A DNA stretch of 64,000 nucleotides from Octopus sinensis. Its lineage: Eukaryota. Shown here piece after piece: positions 25,883 through 37,627 of this stretch. The stretch is from assembly GCF_006345805.1 (NCBI RefSeq), contig NC_043014.1:30752001-30816000 (forward strand). The letters are read 5' to 3'. The translations under genes and the position numbers were made by a program. Every line of letters begins with the position of its first letter. Position 1 is the first letter of the stretch. Under the pieces are notes generated by a model. It made no database searches. It had not been told where the DNA came from and saw only the letters and a program-made list of their open reading frames with translations.

Positions 25883-28800
25883 CATCATTTAATGTCTGTT
25901 TTCCATGCTGACATGGGCTGTTTTTTTTTCTGTGCTTGCATGAGTTTGGTGAATATTCTCTAGTACAGCTTTTATCCATTTGTCACAATCTTTTGTGATC
26001 TCTGTCTTGAGGTTCAATCTCTTATTTCTTTATTGCCCACAAGGGGCTAAACATAGAGGGGACAAACAAGGACAGACAAAGGGATTAAGTCAATTACATC
26101 TACCCCAGTGCGTAACTGGTGCTTAATTTATCAACCCCGAAAGGATGAAAGGCAAAGTCGACCTCGGTGGAATTTGAACTCAGAACATAACGGCATTGAA
26201 ATACCGATAAGCATTTTGCCCGGTGTGCTAACGTTTCTGCCAGCACGCAACCTCTTGGGAGCAGTATTCACCACTTTGTCCCATGTCTTTCTTGGTCTTA
26301 ATCTTTCATTGGTTCTGTCCATTTGGAATATTTGACATTTCTTTACACAACTTACCTACTCCATATGTATCACTTGTCTTAACAATGGCATCTTATTGCC
26401 ACATTTTTGTTATATGTATTAAGAGATCATATGAATGATGGTATAACTAAATTAAAACATGATTGCCAGATATAGATCTGTTTAAGAGGGAAATCCAGGT
26501 TATTTTTGTAGTTTATTTCACTTGTGCTGTGTCAGTTTGATCTTTTTGTTCTTATTTTGCTATTGATAAAGCTTCTACTGCTAATCTTCTGGCTTTTCTT
26601 TTTTTAGAGATTCTATATAGGCAGTGTTGCTATCCAGTTTTTTTATTTGTGCTGTAATGGCTCCTTGTTAAAGAGTGGTAACTGCTGAGAAAAAGATGTA
26701 ACTATTATGCTAAGAATATTGCTTAGAAAGTTTCTGTTGACCTGCACTTCTGAGGTTCCCTTCGTTCTCTTCTATTGTCCATAAAGTAATATATACATAC
26801 AGAGAATGGAGTGGTCATTATTCTCCAATTGGGCCCATATTTGCAGTTTTCTGCATGGCTAGCATTGATAAAAATTACTTCATTGCATACACCCACTTGT
26901 TGACGTATTTAATGTGACCAGATGGGGAAGAATAGGCAGATTCACTCAAAGATCTTTTTAAATATTTCAAAATATCAAATTTGCCATTCAAAGTAGTTCC
27001 AGCATAAATTTGGACCACAACACCATTCCATTTTCGGTCATAAATCTAGGATTAAGGAACAATTCATGTAGCACTTTAGATGGCAGGAATCAAAATGCTT
27101 GTGTATGTGTGAGGTCAGTGTCTATCTATACATAGATATCCAATGTCTTGTGAAATTCTACTGAGTTGGTCAGTTTACATCTACAGATGAAACTTTAACC
27201 CTTTAGTACTGAAACTGGCCACATCTAGCCCAAATATTCTATGTGTTTTACTGACTAAATTCAGCCTCTCACACCTACCATGTAATGTCATTCTAAAAAT
27301 AAAGTGTCACATCATTGAAATCCCAAAGTTGTGAAATAATGCATGGTTGATTCAAAACAATGTGAATAGATAAGCATTTCTATTGACAGTAATCTGAATG
27401 CTAATGGGATAACTAAGGAAATTGGTTTCAAAATTTGGCCCAAGGACAGTAAATTTCAGGGAGGGTTTAACTCAACTACATCAACCCCAGTGTTCAGCTG
27501 ATATCTGTTTTATCAACCCTGAAAAGATAAAAGGCAAAGTCGACCTTGATGGAATTTGAACTCAAAACATAAAGACAGACGAAATACTGCTAAGCATTTT
27601 GCCCAGCATGGTAACAATTCTGTCAGCTCACTACCTTAAAGAGAATAAGAATATTATAAGTTAATCATTTGACAACATTTGATTACAGATGCTTGAACAT
27701 GAGTAAACCAAGCTGTAGGGCAATAAAAGAACAGATTTAATTCCCCACACATGCAACAGATACAACAGCTAGTAAAAAACTGAGACCATACATACAGTTG
27801 ACTACATGAACCAAATGTATCCTGTTATACAATGGATTAAAAAGTTATAAAATCCTCATAGAACATGTATCTTAGCTAACTATAAAAGAATGCACTATAT
27901 TGCCAAAGACAATTAAAAATGTTATCAATGGGAAGCCACAAAACTGCAAACCACCTGTAATATGAAAATCAATATAATATATTACTTTTTATATGGGCAT
28001 GTCTGTTGTAAACTTCATAATTCAAGCTGTTACAATGGACACACAAGTACACTTTCTTATTGGTTGACTATGTATTTATGTGGAGAAACTATTAAAATAC
28101 TTATTGGTATAGAACATGAAACAAAAACAAAATGAGATAGAAAAATATTAGAAGATAATACTTTCCTCCTATATAGAATTGAATAAGAAAAAAAAAAGAC
28201 AATTTAGATTAGCTATGGAAGCTTTATTAATACCAAAATATAAATTAAAAATCAGCACACACACTCTGTAAAATGTGACAGTCACATTGTGGAGGTCATT
28301 TTTGCCATCTAACCCTTTGGCATTCAGATTACTCTGTCAAATGTAATGGTTATTTTATTCACATTGTTTTTGAAATAATCATGCATTATCTCATAGCTTC
28401 AAGATTTTGATATTCTTTAGAATGACATTGTAGGATAGTTGTAAGATAGTTATACTCTGGCCAGTTTAAATGCTATAGAGTTTAAAAATACACAAGTCTC
28501 TTCTATGCAATTTCTTGTTTATATAATACAGGCTCTTATGAAATGTCAAAAACTTTCATAACACTTTTGAGACTTAATCACATCAGGGACCAATGCCAAA
28601 GAAATAAGTTTTAAAAAAACTGTTCCACTAGGAAACAATCAGAAAGTGAATATGAGCGTGTTCTCAAATGGCTAGCACAACTTTTCCACAATTAATTGTT
28701 TTAGTTTCGACTCAAGGTCTCAGATCAAGTCGCTTGCCAAACAAGTACAGTTCATGCCATTTTGGGTGTCTTCTACTTTAGCCCTGAGCCATCTCAGTGG

Positions 28801-28991
28801 ATTTGGTAACAGAAACTAAGAGAACCCATTCTGTGTGGATTGGGTAAACAGAAACTGAATGAAACCTGTCGTATATATATACATTTATATGTATGTATGT
28901 ATGTGTGTATGTATGTATATATATACTTATGTATGTATGTATATTTGTGTGTGTATATATTTATGTGTGTGTGTGTGTGTGTGTGTGTGTG

Positions 28992-29036
<45 letters not shown>

Positions 29037-29049
29037 TAAATATATACAT

Positions 29050-30960
29050 ATATTTTCTGTGAGACTTGCATATTGCCTGTGTAGCTGGCAAGGGTGGCTA
29101 TCTGGGCAGTTGAGGGCCTATCTGAGAGGGCCACTATGAAAAGCAGTAGTCCTAAGACAGTGCCCTGTGGAACACAACTTGCTATTTGTGTTTTCATTGA
29201 GGTGGTTCCATTGGCCACTATTGCCTGACATATCTTTCAGAAAGTCATGTAACCACTATCCAAGTTTAGCAGCTATGCAGAGATCATGCAGTTTGTGGCA
29301 TATCATACCATGATCCACTTTATCAAAAGCTTTCATAAAATCAAGATACATTACTTCCACTTTTGAGTTGTTGAGTAACTGCCTCAACACCCAGTCATAA
29401 TTTTGTAAGAGCTGGGTTGGGCAGCTCCAACTTGGTTGAAAGCCATGCTGGATATCACTCCACAAGTTATTTTCTTCAAGGAATGTGATTAGTTTCCCTC
29501 TAACTTTCTATTCCATGACTTTGCTAATGTGTGAAGTCAGAAAGGTAGGCCTATAGTTTTTGGCATCTGCTCTGCTTCCCACTTTATGGATGGACATATT
29601 ATTCTCTCTTTCAGCTTCCTTGGCAGTCTGCCATTTGCAAGAAATCTCTGAAAGAGAATCTGGAGGGGTTTTTCCAGGGCATGCTTACACAATTTGATGA
29701 GGATTGCTGGGAAACCATCAGGACCAGTATTTGAGTTTATATCCACCTCATCTATGGCTAGTAGTATATCTTCTTCGCTCATGTCGATGTATTCCATCGT
29801 ACTGCCTCACTGGTTATAGATGAGGCGGCAAAGATGTCCGCTAGTTTGTTCACTTATCTGTGTTCTAGTGGGGTGGTAAAGACACTTTTTTAATTGGTCA
29901 TTTCGTACCTATCTGATCCTTGTTGGACTTTCTGCGAAGGAGCTATCCTTTTTGGAAGAGGGGTCCTATCTTGCAGCGTACTAAGGCTGTTTCTTTCGCA
30001 AAATAAAAGAAGGCCTTTGGGTTTGACTTAATGTTTTTATAACCCAGGCTTCTTTGTCTGCTCTCTCCCTCACGTAGGATTTTTTAGGCAGGACCTTTCA
30101 CTACTTTTGGGATGTTGATTGAGTCGATTTGCAACCTTTGTCCGTCATCTCACGAGGATCTTCCTCTTGCTTGGAATCTTGTTCCTATTTGTTTTGGCCT
30201 TGTGCTCTGGTACACATTTCTGGCATATGTCTTGCATAACAGACATGGAATATTCTAGTTTCATGCCAATGTCTGGTGTGGAGAGACATTTTGGCCAGTA
30301 CTGTATGAGGATCTCTTTTTGGATCGATTTCCAATCTGCTTTGTGGAAGTTCAGATTGGAGAGATTTTGGGTGCTTCCTTTAGACTGTGTGTCTTTGGCT
30401 ACTTTCAGCCAAACATAGACAGCTCTATTATGTTGTAATCCGAGACAATTGTCGGCATCACTTTCACATCATGAATGATGTTCATATTGTTTATGAAGCA
30501 GAGATCCAAAATGTTATTTGCCCTAGATAGTCTGAGTACAACTTGCTCCATGAATAGGGCATTGGTGAGGTTGAGCAGGGACTCCACCTCTGCTTGTTTG
30601 TAATGAGTCATTCCTGAGAGCATGAGGCCTTCAGACCATTTAATGTTGGGGAAGTGTAAATTATTCATAAGAAATACACTCATGTGGTGTTCCTGAGGAT
30701 TTCTGTAATTCCTGTGAAGCAATCTTCAAGCTTGCTTATATATGGTTTTGAGCATCTGGTTGGCAACTTGTATTGCCTATGACTATATTGCATTGTCTTA
30801 TGTATACAATTATAGTGTCACATACTGAATTTGAGTATGACAGCAAAACCTGAGGTATGAGGTCATCTCGGATGTATACAGCAACTCCACCATGGCCCCT
30901 TTTCCTTCTGTCTGTTCACAGTATGATATATTTTGGTACGTGTTCTTCTGCATCCTCTAT
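29050..30960 (-). mobile_element. Decayed CR1-group LINE ORF2 (APE endonuclease plus RT)
   Basis: Collinear fragments: RANNILDLCFINN...SDYNII (endonuclease), GPDGFPAILIKLCKHALEKPLQILF, QHGF...YLDFMKAFDKVDH, VPQGTVLGLLLFI (RT). Confidence 0.88.
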
Positions 30961-32390
30961 ATCAGGGCTGAGGTGAGTTTCCAGGAGTGCTATGCATAGG
31001 GCATGACCAGATGATGCTTTTTATGTGCCAACAGCATGGAAGCCAGTCAAAGCGGCACTGGCATTGGCCAAGTTCGGATGGTGCTTTTTGTGCTTCCGGC
31101 ACAGGGCTCTCAACTACAATTTCCATTTGATTTGATTTTGATATTGCTGATGTTGATGGACTTCACTCAATAGGTTTCCTCAAGCACCGCATGTTGCCCT
31201 ACGATCCAAGGTACTTTTGAGTGGACTGGTTTTGCAACACTAGTGTAGGTTATAGCTCTGGTCTCGCTTTATTTGCTGGGTCTTCTCAGTTGCAGCATAT
31301 CTCCAGAGGTCTTTGTTTTATGTCATTGCCTCTGTGAGACCCAACATTCAAAGGTCATGCTTCATCACCTCATCCCATGTTTTCCTGGGTTGAAGAAGTG
31401 GCACTTCTTCAACCATCTCTCCTCGTCCATCCACAGTTCATGACCATACCAATGCAAACATGTCTCTTGCACACCACATCTGATGCTTCTTATGTCTAAC
31501 ATTTCTCTCAGGGCGCTTACACCCTATCGTATGTGTACACTGACATTACACATCCAGTGGATCATGCTAGCTCCATTTCTTTCAAGCCTTCAGCAGTCAT
31601 GGCCTATGTTTCACTGCTGTGAAGCATGGCAGTTTGCACACATGCATCATACAATCTACCTTTCACTCTGAGCGATAGGCCCTTTGTCACCAGTAGGGGT
31701 AGAAGCTTTCTGAACTTTGCCCAGGCTATTCTTATTCTAGTGGTAACACTCTTTGAGCATCCACCTCCACTACAGACCTGGTCACCTAGGTAGCGGAAGC
31801 TATCAACTACTTCTAGTTTCTCCCCCTGGCATGTGATGTAGTCTGTTTTCTGAGCATCTGTGGTGTTTATTGCCCTGTGCATTTGCTTCACATGAAAGCT
31901 ATCTTCCCGGTTAATCTTCCTTTGATTTTGCTGCACCTCTTTTGTGTCCATAGCTTACACTGGGTACATCATATGGAATTTCTACCTACACCTTTTCTAC
32001 AGATCAAGCAGGGCCACCTACCTGAAGGGATGTGTGATGTGTTTGCTTTCCTACTTACTAGAACTTTGGTCTTTGCAACATTAACTCTAAGGACCTTTGA
32101 TTCTAAACCTTGCTTCCAAACCTGAAATTTCTTCTCTAGTTCTGGTAGTAATTCTGCTATGAAGGCCAGATCACCAGCATAGAGGAGCTCCCAGGGTCAA
32201 CCTGTCTTCAATTCTTCAGTTATTGCCTGGAGGACTATGATGAATAAGAGGGGGCTGAGGGTTGATCGTTTGTGGACCCCTACTTCTACCCGGAATTCTT
32301 CACTATACTCATTTCCAATCCTAAACCTACTGACAGCATCACTGTATAGGGCATGTACAGCCCTTATTAACCATTCGTCAATCCCCAGTT
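30960..32390 (-). mobile_element. 5'-truncated RTE-clade LINE with its 3' tail
   Basis: KLGIDEWLIRAVHALY...FRVEVGVHKRSTLSPLLFIIVLQAITEE and VDSFRYLGDQVCSGGGCSKSVTTRIRIAWAKFRKLLPLL. The 3' UTR contains GTGCCGG..GCAC..AAAAGCACCATCCGAA, the monomer of the minisatellites elsewhere in the window. Confidence 0.88.
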
Positions 32391-32420
32391 TCATGTATGT
32401 ATATATGTATGTGTATATAT

Positions 32421-32474
<54 letters not shown>

Positions 32475-32830
32475 GTATGTATGTATATATCATCATCATC
32501 GTTTAACATCCATTTTCCATGCTGCCATGGTTTGGATGGTTTGACTGAGGACTAGTGAGCCAGAGGCTGCACCATGATCAGTCTGATCTGGCAAAGTTTC
32601 TACAGTTAGATGCCCTTCCTAACGCCAACCACTCCGAGAGTGTAGTGGGTGCTTTTACATAACACCTGCACAAGGGCCAATTAGCTTAACCCACAGCCCG
32701 CCCTTTCTTTCCCCCTCTCGCCTCCCCCCCTCTCTACACCATCACACCACACCACACACCACTACTCCTTACACCACCAAACCACACAACACACCACCAC
32801 ACACATCAGCACTGACCCACATTTTCACAC

Positions 32831-32864
<34 letters not shown>

Positions 32865-33004
32865 AAAGATCACCAGCCCACTTCCACACGCACATACAAA
32901 CTCTCTTATACACATGCACGCATGCGCACTTTTGTTTTGGGATCACCACTACTTTATTATCTCCCCTTCTCCCTGTTTGCTTTTGATTCTGTTAACTACA
33001 CTGT

Positions 33005-33805
33005 ATAGTAGGGTCAGTGGAGCATCATTTGTACAAAAAACAGCACCACGATGCAATTCACTCTGCTTGAAATTTGGAAAGGACAGGCTGTACTGCTTGG
33101 CATTTGTGCCGGATGCTCCAGTACGAACATTCTAGAGTGTTTGGGTGTGAATTTGAGGACAGTAGAATCCGAGGACATGTACCAAGCATAATAAAAATCA
33201 AGCATCTTATCAACATCATGGTGCTTGGTGTGATCACAAGTGATGGTGATATTATGCCGCCATTTGTCTTCCTACACTGCCTCATACTCAACAGAGAGGC
33301 CTACATCAAGTGCCTGGAAGAGGTAGTGCTGCCCTGGGTGAAGTGGACAGCTGCTCGAACATCCTATGTCTGGCAACAGGACTCTGCATCATGCCACACA
33401 AGCAAGAGAACCTAGTCACGGCTATCACACAATTTCTGTGACTACATCACTCCTAATATCTGGTCGCTTAACTCCCCAGACTGCAATCCCCTTGATTATT
33501 ATGTGTGGGGCACAGTTGAGCGAGACACCAACAAAACTCCTTGTAACACACTATAGATGAACTGAAGGCAAGTATTAGGGCAGCATTCACCAACTTAAAC
33601 AAGGAGACCGTCTAAAAGAGTTGCAAGAGATTCCGAAGTTGCCTGGAGGCCGTGGTTGAAGCCAATGACACTTTTATGGAATAAATTTATTCTTTAGAAT
33701 TTCAGGATATTTTTATGTAATTTTGGTAAATATATGTTAAAATGAGATGTCAGTGCTATTTCCATTTTTGTGTAATTTAGATGACAATTTATTCACTACA
33801 CTCTG
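33005..33805 (+). mobile_element. Internally deleted DD37D (maT-type) Tc1/mariner element, copy 1
   Basis: KIKHLINIMVLGVITSDGDIMPPF...WQQDSASCHTSKRT*SRLSHNFCDYITPNIWSLNSPDCNPLDYYVWG. I counted exactly 37 codons between the two Asp. The element ends in CACTCTG|TA. Confidence 0.85.
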
Positions 33806-35490
33806 TATACATATATATCTATATCTATTTATGGGTGTGTGTGTAACATTGTCTGGACATCATGTGATTCTAAATGAGTTTCACTGTCATATAAGCAGTG
33901 ATATGTCTAAAAACAGGTCTGAACTTGGAGCGAAATATCGCCTTGCTTGGAAGACATTTTTTATGACAGGAATGTCATTTGGCCATAGTAAATCTGCCTT
34001 AACAAAGTTCATTCAACTCTTACAAGTATGGAAAAGTGGTCATTAAAATGATGATTATATAAGAAAAACAGATGAATGGATTATGTGGTATTGCTACAGT
34101 TGCTCTGTTAAGAGTCTTTGTTGTGATGTAAGCATAGTACAGGTATGCTGTAAGCACAGCATCCATGCGATTACATGCTACTCAACTCTTAACTCATCAG
34201 GCAAACCAAATAAAGAAGTTGATAGTGTGTTGATTAATCACTGTTACTGCGCTATTTGGTTAGCCTGATGAGTTGAGAGTTGCATAACATATTATGTAAT
34301 CTTATGAAAGTTGTGCATGCTGCATAGCTCACTGTACTATGCTTATGTCATAATAAAGACTCTTAATGAAACAACTGTAGCAATACCAGATAACCCATTT
34401 GTCTGTTTATTATTATTTTATTAAGCCACATCTAAGTTTCCATTCATTGTTGGATTTTTTGGATGCATTCTGTGCTATGATAATGGATTACTGAACTGTC
34501 TGTTTTGCATCATTCTGCCTAACTAATTTGTGGCATGCTTCATTTTTATATGCCTCAACTCTTTATGGATCGCGTGTAATCAAAGCGATATATATTTACA
34601 TATATATATGTTGTTTGTGTGTCTATTTGTCTATGTATATATGCATGTATCATTTTAAGAATACTATGTTTGCTTTAACATTTGCTTTGAAATTATGTTT
34701 TGAAGTTGATTTCATGAAACTGTTTGTATTGTTTACAATTGTGTTACTGCTTAATTGGTTTCATTGTTATTGTTTTTACATTTACTAAAATTGTTTCTAT
34801 TCATGTAACAAATGCTCTCCAAATCAACTTATCTATCTATCTCTATCTCACTATATATATATATATATATTCACAGAATGGTTACAAAATAAAGCACTTG
34901 GTGTTACATTAAATAATATGTTCAAAAATTATATAGAAGTACAAACAAATGGAAAATACACACACAGAATGTCACCAAATTTTCATCAGTCAAAAGTATC
35001 AGTTGTGAAATTTATTATGATCCTTTGGATGATAACTGATGAGAATTTAGTGACATTCTATGTATATATTTTCCATTTCTTCCATTTGTTTGTACTTTTC
35101 GCTAATTGTTGTAGGTCCTCATGTTGTCATAAATAAATGCACATACACATCCTGTCAACTCTCCTGCTGTTAATCTGGCAGAACCTTCAGGATATGGCAG
35201 ATGGAAGGGGAAAGGGCTGCAACAACACTAAATCTTACTTGTTTTTCAGCTCAGTAGATTGAAGCAAGAGTGAGGTCATTGCCAGTACCGCCTGACTGGC
35301 CCCCATGCAGGTGGCATGTAAAAAGCACCCACTACACTCTTGGAGTGGTTGGCGTTAGGAAGGGCATCCAGCTGTAGAAACTCTGCCAGATCAAGACTGG
35401 AGCCTGGTGCAGCCATCTGGTTGCCAGCCCTCAGTCAAAATCGTCCAACCCATGCTAGCATGGAAAACGGACGTTAAATGATGATGATGA

Positions 35491-35526
<36 letters not shown>

Positions 35527-35903
35527 TCACACATGTCTGTGTGTGCATCTCCTTGTCTTGATGGTTCATGGTAGTTGTAAGCAAGTTACATCATCATATA
35601 TAACAATTCTCCTTTGTTTCCACTCTTCAGTGAAGACATGTCTAGTTGCAGGGAACTTTTACCTTGTCTGGAAAGAAGGTGAGGGTTGGCAACAGAGATA
35701 GCATCCAACCATAGAAAATCTGACTTAACAAATTCAATCTGACCCATGAGTCCATGGAAAACTGACCATGGAAGTGATGATGATATAAATATTCTTCGCT
35801 CTAATCACATCCAAATGAAGAATGCTTTGTTTAGCACTTAACATTTGTCCATCTGTATTCATTTGAGTATAGAAACAGGACAAGAAATACTTGAGTATAA
35901 ATA

Positions 35904-36407
35904 CGAGGGGGGTGCTTTTTAGCACCCCCTCGTATTTTATCTTTGGATAAAAGAAAATACAGGCTCAGTTAATTATTTTATTCATCATATTCCCCTAGAA
36001 CAGTGGTTCCCAAACTTTTTTGGGCTGCCATCCCTTTGACATCCAGGCCACATTCCTAGTGCCCTCACCCATCTAACCATCACAAACATAGACCTCTTTC
36101 TGAAGCAAATTCAAAGCAACTGTATTTCACAAATGAAAATTAACCTAATGAGCCCATTATTTTGTTATTTTTACAGGAATCACTCCCCCATTATTGCCCC
36201 ACTTTTCTTCAATGCCCCCTTGGAACTTTCCACTGCCCCCAAGGAGGCAATACCACCCACTTTGGGAACCACTGCCCTAGAAGATTCACATACTTATTGC
36301 AGCAGCCCATCAGTTTTTCTAAGCCCTGTAAAAGAACTTGGAAGGTTAGGCCTCCAACCAGGCTTTTCATGATACCATTAAAGCCAGAACTTTTCAGCAC
36401 TTCTTCA
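35904..36407 (+). mobile_element. Mariner-type MITE carrying a nested hAT-type MITE
   Basis: Starts TA|CGAGGGGGGTGCT and ends AACTTTTCAGCACTTCTTCA|TA. The body is homologous to 1882-2095. Confidence 0.8.
36001..36274. mobile_element. hAT-superfamily MITE (274 bp)
   Basis: TIRs CAGTGGTTCCCAAA / TTTGGGAACCACTG with a perfect 8-bp TSD CCCTAGAA at 35993-36000 and 36275-36282. Related elements at 52644-52941 (flanks ATCTAGAA/ATCAAGAG) and about 7481-7775. Confidence 0.9.
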
Positions 36408-37504
36408 TATGTATATTCATTCCAAGTTGATAATTCCCTTCATTGCTGTTCTGAATTTCCCTCCTTTATACATTGGTTTTGGAGGCTATGAATAAATATG
36501 TTAAGTCTACAGAATATTATCATGATCCTTCTTAGTTTCCATTGGTCAGTTTTGGTTACATGTTATTGATGAGAATACTTTTAGAGCATTTAGTGTTATA
36601 GCTGGTTCTAGCCTGTTTTAATATGGTCAAGCGATTGATCCCTGATAGAAATAGGCAGAGGACATTGTGTAGGGGAAGAAAGATAAAAAAATTGATAAGA
36701 CTATTTATTAAAACAGTGGAGTTTGAAATTACACTGTAATTAGTGAGGCTATTAGATTAAATTAGTAGCCATCATTTTATTTAAACCACCAGTTTATATG
36801 TGTGCAACACACTTGTGTTTGAAGTGTAGAATCTAAGATGCCTTTTTCATATGCAAAGTAAATGGCATTAAATTACATGACACATACACCCTCAAAATGA
36901 ACTGACAAGGGGACTTCTACAGGGTCACTTCATTTGCTAGAAATAGATAAATATCCTTTAAACTACACACCAAAACCCTAATGATTTTGTACACTCTACC
37001 ATAACAAGCATATAAGACATTTTAACCATGAAACTGGGCACCCATAAATATGTTTGTGTGTACATTTGTTTCGACTTCATGTGATTGTTGTAAACAAGCA
37101 TCATCACCATACAAGTGATGTTGCTTATTTCCAATCTGCCATGAAAATCATGTCTGGCCATGAGGAAGTATTACTTTAACTGGAAACAGGTAAAAGTTGG
37201 TGACATCAAGGGTATTTGGTCATAGAAAATCTGCTTCAACAAACTTTGTCTGACTCATGCAAGCATGGAAAAGCGGATGTTAAATGATGATGTGTGTCAT
37301 TTATACAAGTGACATATAAGCTTGAACCACCAAATGCTGTTTTATTTCAGCTTTTCTATTTTTGATTTTATTAAGAAAAAAAAAAGACTTTTTTTTTATA
37401 TTGTCAAAAGAAGTAAAACAATATGCTTGCATTGCCATTATTATTATTGTTATCATTATTGTCAATTTTTTCATTATTTTTGTTGGCTTATGTTTTTCTT
37501 CCAG

Positions 37505-37627
37505 GCAGTAACACTGTTTTTGGGTGTGCTTATCCTGTGCCTGTCAATGGTGATCGTCTATTTCCTAAACAACCGGGCAGAAGTCATCTTCCCTACCACA
37601 TCAGCTTTCCCTGCTCATGATGGCTAA
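37505..37627 (+). CDS. NCSTN: Nicastrin alternative last exon A (proximal): TM helix plus cytosolic tail
   Basis: Acceptor ttatgtttttcttccAG at 37503-37504; phase 0 matches the 24380 donor. Peptide AVTLFLGVLILCLSMVIVYFLNNRAEVIFPTTSAFPAHDG* has 11/29 ungapped identities to recalled human [35 protein letters not shown] at 37979 and 38001. Confidence 0.88.
   Translation, partial: AVTLFLGVLILCLSMVIVYFLNNRAEVIFPTTSAFPAHDG

Noticed and set aside
27660-28300. Possible decayed site-specific non-LTR retrotransposon C-terminus
   Set aside because: Only a vague resemblance (KTIKNVING); too weak to call.
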